A stretch of DNA of 64,000 nucleotides from Cladosporium halotolerans (lineage: Eukaryota), in the NCBI RefSeq assembly GCF_011745625.1, contig NW_027191466.1, forward strand, positions 1-64,000, in the 5' to 3' direction. The notes beneath the pieces were generated by a model, which saw nothing but the letters and a program-made list of their open reading frames with translations, made no database searches and was not told where the DNA came from. The position numbers were made by a program, and so were the translations under genes. Shown here piece after piece: positions 59,822-64,000 of this stretch (its first letter is position 1; every line of letters begins with the position of its first letter).

Positions 59822-61543
59822 TTAGCGCCCAAGCATATAGTTGCTAATGCTGCCGCGGCTGTCGCGGCCATACTTGCCGCTCATATTAGGCGGAAGGCCG
59901 CCGGACAGATTGCGCGGGCCGAATTGTTCGGAGAAATTCTGCTGAATGGATGCACCAGGCATGCCAAAAGGGTCGTTGAACATCATAGCGCCGTTAGTTT
60001 GTGATTCAGCCGCCGGGCGAACGTTGTTGTTGGTGTAAAGCCCGGGAGGGGTAGAGAAGCCAGGTGGGGGGCCTGAGACGGCGGTGAAGTTGGACGCAGC
60101 GCCATTGCCGTTGCTATGATTATGGTAGCCTGCTCCGCTCATCGAGGGGTGATGCGAGTATGCGCCGTTAGTGTTGACGCCGTTTGATTGCCCTGATCGG
60201 ACTCCGAGAGGGTTCTTGGAGAAACTGAGTCTGATGCCGCCTTTGACACTGTTATGCAGAGGGTAGCCATAGAGGTCTGAGAGAGCCTGCGAGGCGAATG
60301 TTGTGTCTTCGAATTCGACAAAGCACATTGGCCCATTCTGCTTGGTGCGGAAGCACAGGCGCTTGTAGCCACGTGCTCTTGAGAAGATGGTCTTGAGCTC
60401 ATCCTCTGAAGTCTCGATAGGAAGATTGCCGACGTATAGAGTGTTGCAAGGTGGGTTCTGGTCCGCAGGGTTGATGGGCGGGTACTGCGGCCGGGCCAGG
60501 TTCATGCTGTAAGGGTTGTTTGCATTCATGTTGGTGATGTTGGTGGGCGATCGCGGTGCCTGCAAGGTTTGCGACCCTCGAGGCGTTGTGAGGTGGTTGG
60601 AGGCAGATGACATAAAACCGTTGCTGCTACCGTTGGTGCCCGTGCTCAGAGACAGACTGCCAAAGCGAGACACGGGTACCTGCGCGTGACTCGATCGACG
60701 CAGCTGTTGTCCGCTTTTGGCGTAGGCCAGCGGATCTTTCAGTAATTCTCCGGTCTCGTCGTCCGCGTCGTCGTTGTTGATGACCGACTTGCCAGACACC
60801 CGATTCCGGTCGAAACCGTTTGTCAGAGGCGATGTAGGCGAGAACAGGTTCTGGATGTGGTTCGGGTCGGAAGCAGGGAAATCGCTGCCGCTGCCAACTG
60901 AGCTTGGAGTGGGCAGTGGTGGTGAGATCTTATCCGTGGACTGGAAAGTGCTCCCATACCGTGATCGGCCCAGTGGGGGTGCGCCGTGGGAGCTCGCTGA
61001 CGAAGTCGAGCCCGATTCCTGCCTGGGGATGATGCTGTCGATGGTAGCTCTTCTTTCGAATATTCCAGGTGCCTGTACCTCAACAATCATCTTCGCCTCT
61101 TTTGTGCTTGACTTTCCGTTGAGCTTGGCTTGCGCCTCGTGAGCGCCAGCTGATGTGCGGAAGCGCGCAACGGCAGTCGCAAACTGATAGTCCTCCTGGT
61201 AAGGCGAGCGGACAATCTCGGTGCTGATGAGATCCTCGGCGAAAAGCAGCATGCTCTTAAGCGCATCGTTGCTGATGGATCGCGGCAATTTCCGGATAAT
61301 GATGGTCGGCATCGGTCGGACATCGCCTGTGAAAGCGGAGGGGTCGGAGTTGCTGGCGGTCAAAGGAGGAGGATGGGAGTCGAGGGAGCGATCGGAATGG
61401 TGTCGGTCGTTGGGTGCTGGGAAGGCGAAGGACTGCGAGGGGAAGAGCGACCGGCCAGGGCCAGCTGAGGCGCGATCTGATGTGTAGGAGGTCATGGGCG
61501 GCGACACTGAGCCTCCAGACCCGAAGCTCTTGTCTTGTAACAT
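59822..61543 (-). CDS. WHI3: RRM RNA-binding protein of the Whi3/Whi4/Scw1 family
   Basis: [21 protein letters not shown]...[22 protein letters not shown]...[16 protein letters not shown], plus a degenerate N-terminal RRM and S/N/G-rich disordered regions. Confidence 0.88.
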   Translation of the reverse strand: MLQDKSFGSGGSVSPPMTSYTSDRASAGPGRSLFPSQSFAFPAPNDRHHSDRSLDSHPPPLTASNSDPSAFTGDVRPMPTIIIRKLPRSISNDALKSMLLFAEDLISTEIVRSPYQEDYQFATAVARFRTSAGAHEAQAKLNGKSSTKEAKMIVEVQAPGIFERRATIDSIIPRQESGSTSSASSHGAPPLGRSRYGSTFQSTDKISPPLPTPSSVGSGSDFPASDPNHIQNLFSPTSPLTNGFDRNRVSGKSVINNDDADDETGELLKDPLAYAKSGQQLRRSSHAQVPVSRFGSLSLSTGTNGSSNGFMSSASNHLTTPRGSQTLQAPRSPTNITNMNANNPYSMNLARPQYPPINPADQNPPCNTLYVGNLPIETSEDELKTIFSRARGYKRLCFRTKQNGPMCFVEFEDTTFASQALSDLYGYPLHNSVKGGIRLSFSKNPLGVRSGQSNGVNTNGAYSHHPSMSGAGYHNHSNGNGAASNFTAVSGPPPGFSTPPGLYTNNNVRPAAESQTNGAMMFNDPFGMPGASIQQNFSEQFGPRNLSGGLPPNMSGKYGRDSRGSISNYMLGR

Positions 61544-62379
61544 TGTGAATAGCTGTGACCGAAAGGATGCGATTTTCTGACAAGCGGTCGACTGGCAGTC
61601 GGATCCGCGTCTTTAAGGTGTCGCTGGCGTGTGTGATGTGATGGCAGCCGGAGTGGGCGGCGGGTTGGGCTTTAAGCTCGCTCGACTGGGCCTTAAGCTT
61701 TCAGGCGAGAGGCAGGAGATAAGTGCGCTCGTCGTACGACGCGCGAGGCGGGCGTGAGAGCGCGACGAGCTGGTTTTGCGAGAGCAATGAGTGTGCCGTA
61801 TCGCATAGAGAGGTTGAGATGGGAAGGGCGCGCGCAAGAGTGGATGTGCGCCGTGGCCGGGCAGCCAATCAGGATGCGATCGCAAGAGTGACGCGCACGC
61901 GCGATGCTAGCGACGCGATGCGACCGGGAGGGGTGGAGATGGCCGAGGACGTCGTGCTGGGGCGGCGACGGCTGCGAGAGCGATATACCTTAACGTCAAC
62001 AGTCGAGTGTTGCGAGCAGCGAGCAGTGACGGTCTGGACGGCGGCGCAAAGGAGCGAGAGCGGGAGCGCGCAGGCAGGCAGGCGGCAGCGGCAGACGGTG
62101 AGATGCGGAAGGGTCGCGAAGGAGGGCTGCGCTGTCAAGCCACCGGGCGAGCGAGGTGCCGATGGGCGGGCGCGCGATTGGCGAGCTGGACGAGGCGTGC
62201 GCGCTGGATGTGCAGTAGTCTGGAGTCGCAGTGCAGCGGGCAGAGGTGCGCGGGCGAGGCGTGGGCGTGCGCGCGGCGAGTGGTCTGGTGGAGGGAGAGG
62301 TGGGAGGAAGAGGTGTAGGATGCAGGTGGTGGCAGCAGTAGTAGGCCGAAGGGCAGATCAACAGGCCGAAGACGGCGGG

Positions 62380-62622
62380 ACGAGACGAGACGAGGCGAGA
62401 CGAGCGAACCACGGCGGGCAGACGACAGACAGACAAGCAGGCAGGCAGGCAGGCAGGCAGACTCAGGCAGACTCAGGCTCGGGCGCGCGACGGGGAGTCG
62501 AGTCAGTTAAGGCAAGGCGAGAAGGCGAGACAGGCAGAGACGCAGAGACGCAGAGAGGCAGGGCAGGGCAGGCAGAGGCGGGTGGTGGGAGGCCGTGGGG
62601 ATGGCGGATGGCGGATGGCGGA
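62380..62622. repeat. Cluster of simple repeats (GAGAC, AGAC, GCAG, GCAGAGAC, GGATGGC) upstream of the Whi3-like gene
   Basis: Examples: gcaggcaggcaggcaggcaggcag at ~62437-62460, cagactcagg x2, ggatggcggatggcggatggcgg at ~62599-62621. Confidence 0.75.
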
Positions 62623-64000
62623 CGCAAGCTGGGAGTGCTGGGATGGCGCTGGGGAGCGGATGCCCGAGTCTCTCCCACCAAAGACACCCGCCCTCTCGCC
62701 AATGGGGCCCCTCGCCGCCTGCCTGAGCCCGTCCGGGCCTCGAGACCCTCGACACAGGTGGCAGATGGCCGCGCTCGTCTCGCTCGTCTCGCCAGATAGT
62801 CTCGCCGCCACCAATACCACCGCCGCCAACTGCGCGCGCTGCTGGCTCGCGCCCCTCCTGCTCGCCGCCCGCCCCCTCATCGTCTGCCCCAGCACCCCAG
62901 CGCGCGGGCCCGGCCAGACCGCGTACCTTGGATGCGCTGACTGCCCGGCGGTATGGCGGCGGGCGGACTGTGCTGACATGTATGCGACCTCCTCCGATCC
63001 GCCTTACAAGCTACCTTACCCTGCCTACCACCAGCGACAGCGTGCGACAGCCTTTCGCGCTGCACGCGTCGCGTTAAAGCGGGTGCAGGCGGGCGCAGGC
63101 GGGCGCAGACGGGCGCTGGGGGGAGGTAGCACTCGAATGCCGGCCGCCGCATCCCTCGACCACGCGCGCTGCACTGCACGCCTCTCGCCAGCAGCAGGAG
63201 ACGCGTCGTGGCGTACTGGGCAGAAGAGCCGGGTAGTCCGGTACCTCCAGCGCGTCGCGGTAGGGTGTGTCCACGGTGTATTCACGAGATCTCCCTCCTC
63301 GCCCTGCCCTTCACATGCCATTCCCGCCGTCGTGCTGTCGCGCCGCCGGTCGCGAGCAGCGCTGGCCTGCGCCGGGCGGCCGTGGTTGCGCCATTTTACC
63401 AAAGCCTCGTCCCGCGGGCCATCTCGACCCAAGACAGTTTTGGTCCGTCCAAACTCTGCCCGCAGCACATCGCGCCCCGCCGCCGTGATTGGGCAGGCCG
63501 CAGCGAGGCCGAACCAGCTCGCCGCGCCTCGCGAACCATCAACTACACCCGCTACCGGCGAGGCGAGCGCGCCAGTCTGCCGCTGGCAGTTCAGCTGCTG
63601 ATAGTTAGTGTGCTCGCCCGCCCGCGCCCTGCCGTCTCGCCGTCGTTGTCTGCGTCACCGACGCCGTGCTGGGCGTGCGACGGCCAGCCGCCCACTCGCA
63701 GGGCTGCAACGGGCCTGCAGCCCTGTCCCTGCAGCGGTCTGGGGTCCGAAGCCGCTCTCCGTCCCCGACCAGCGCGCACGCCGCACCCACCCGCGCAATC
63801 TGCTGTGCAGACAACACCACACATCCCTGACCCTGCCCGCTACCTTCTTTCCCCTTCCGCCCACAGCGACCTCTCGATCCCCGCGCCGCCCACACCCACT
63901 TTGCCATCTCGTCGGCGCGGCCTGTCGCTCCCCGGAGCCTACTCGCCGCATACTTCGCCGTCAGCTTTGCTCCTCATCCCGACCCTGACAGGCAAATCCC

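Noticed and set aside
62920..63030. Alternating donor-like (GTATG) and branch-like (GCTGAC) motifs as a complex intron or microexon array
   Set aside because: No AG acceptors at suitable spacing and no coding context.
61723..63601. Long ORFs 61723-62799 and 62582-63601 (+)
   Set aside because: Arg/Ala/Gly-rich translations of GC-rich simple repeats with no domain, so most likely non-coding.

Overview
This is eukaryotic DNA from a filamentous ascomycete: short GT-AG introns with CTRAC-type branch sites, and a gene repertoire that suggests a Dothideomycete (inference). About 28 protein-coding loci can be supported. I could not recognise any tRNA, rRNA or CRISPR array. Conserved housekeeping genes (NI9M, WBP1, BRO1, MDJ1, SAP30, ROT1, FAU1, SmE, then URA5, Rad4-family, STRAP-like WD40, Whi3/Scw1-like RRM) flank an accessory-looking block at ~26.8-51.3 kb. 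That block holds a candidate aromatic-compound catabolism cluster (amidohydrolase, amidohydrolase-2 decarboxylase, FAD monooxygenase ending in a PTS1, Zn2Cys6 factor, maleylacetate-reductase-like Fe-ADH). It also holds a GT25, a second Zn2Cys6 protein, a DUF3425 protein, a PTH11-like receptor, a heme-thiolate peroxygenase that appears to lack the canonical catalytic Glu, and a HET-domain gene with one in-frame TAG. At the left edge, a GAF histidine kinase is cut off just after its H-box by a TGATT-repeat-rich, transposon-end-like sequence. All family calls come from motif recognition by eye, not database searches, and exon boundaries are manual.
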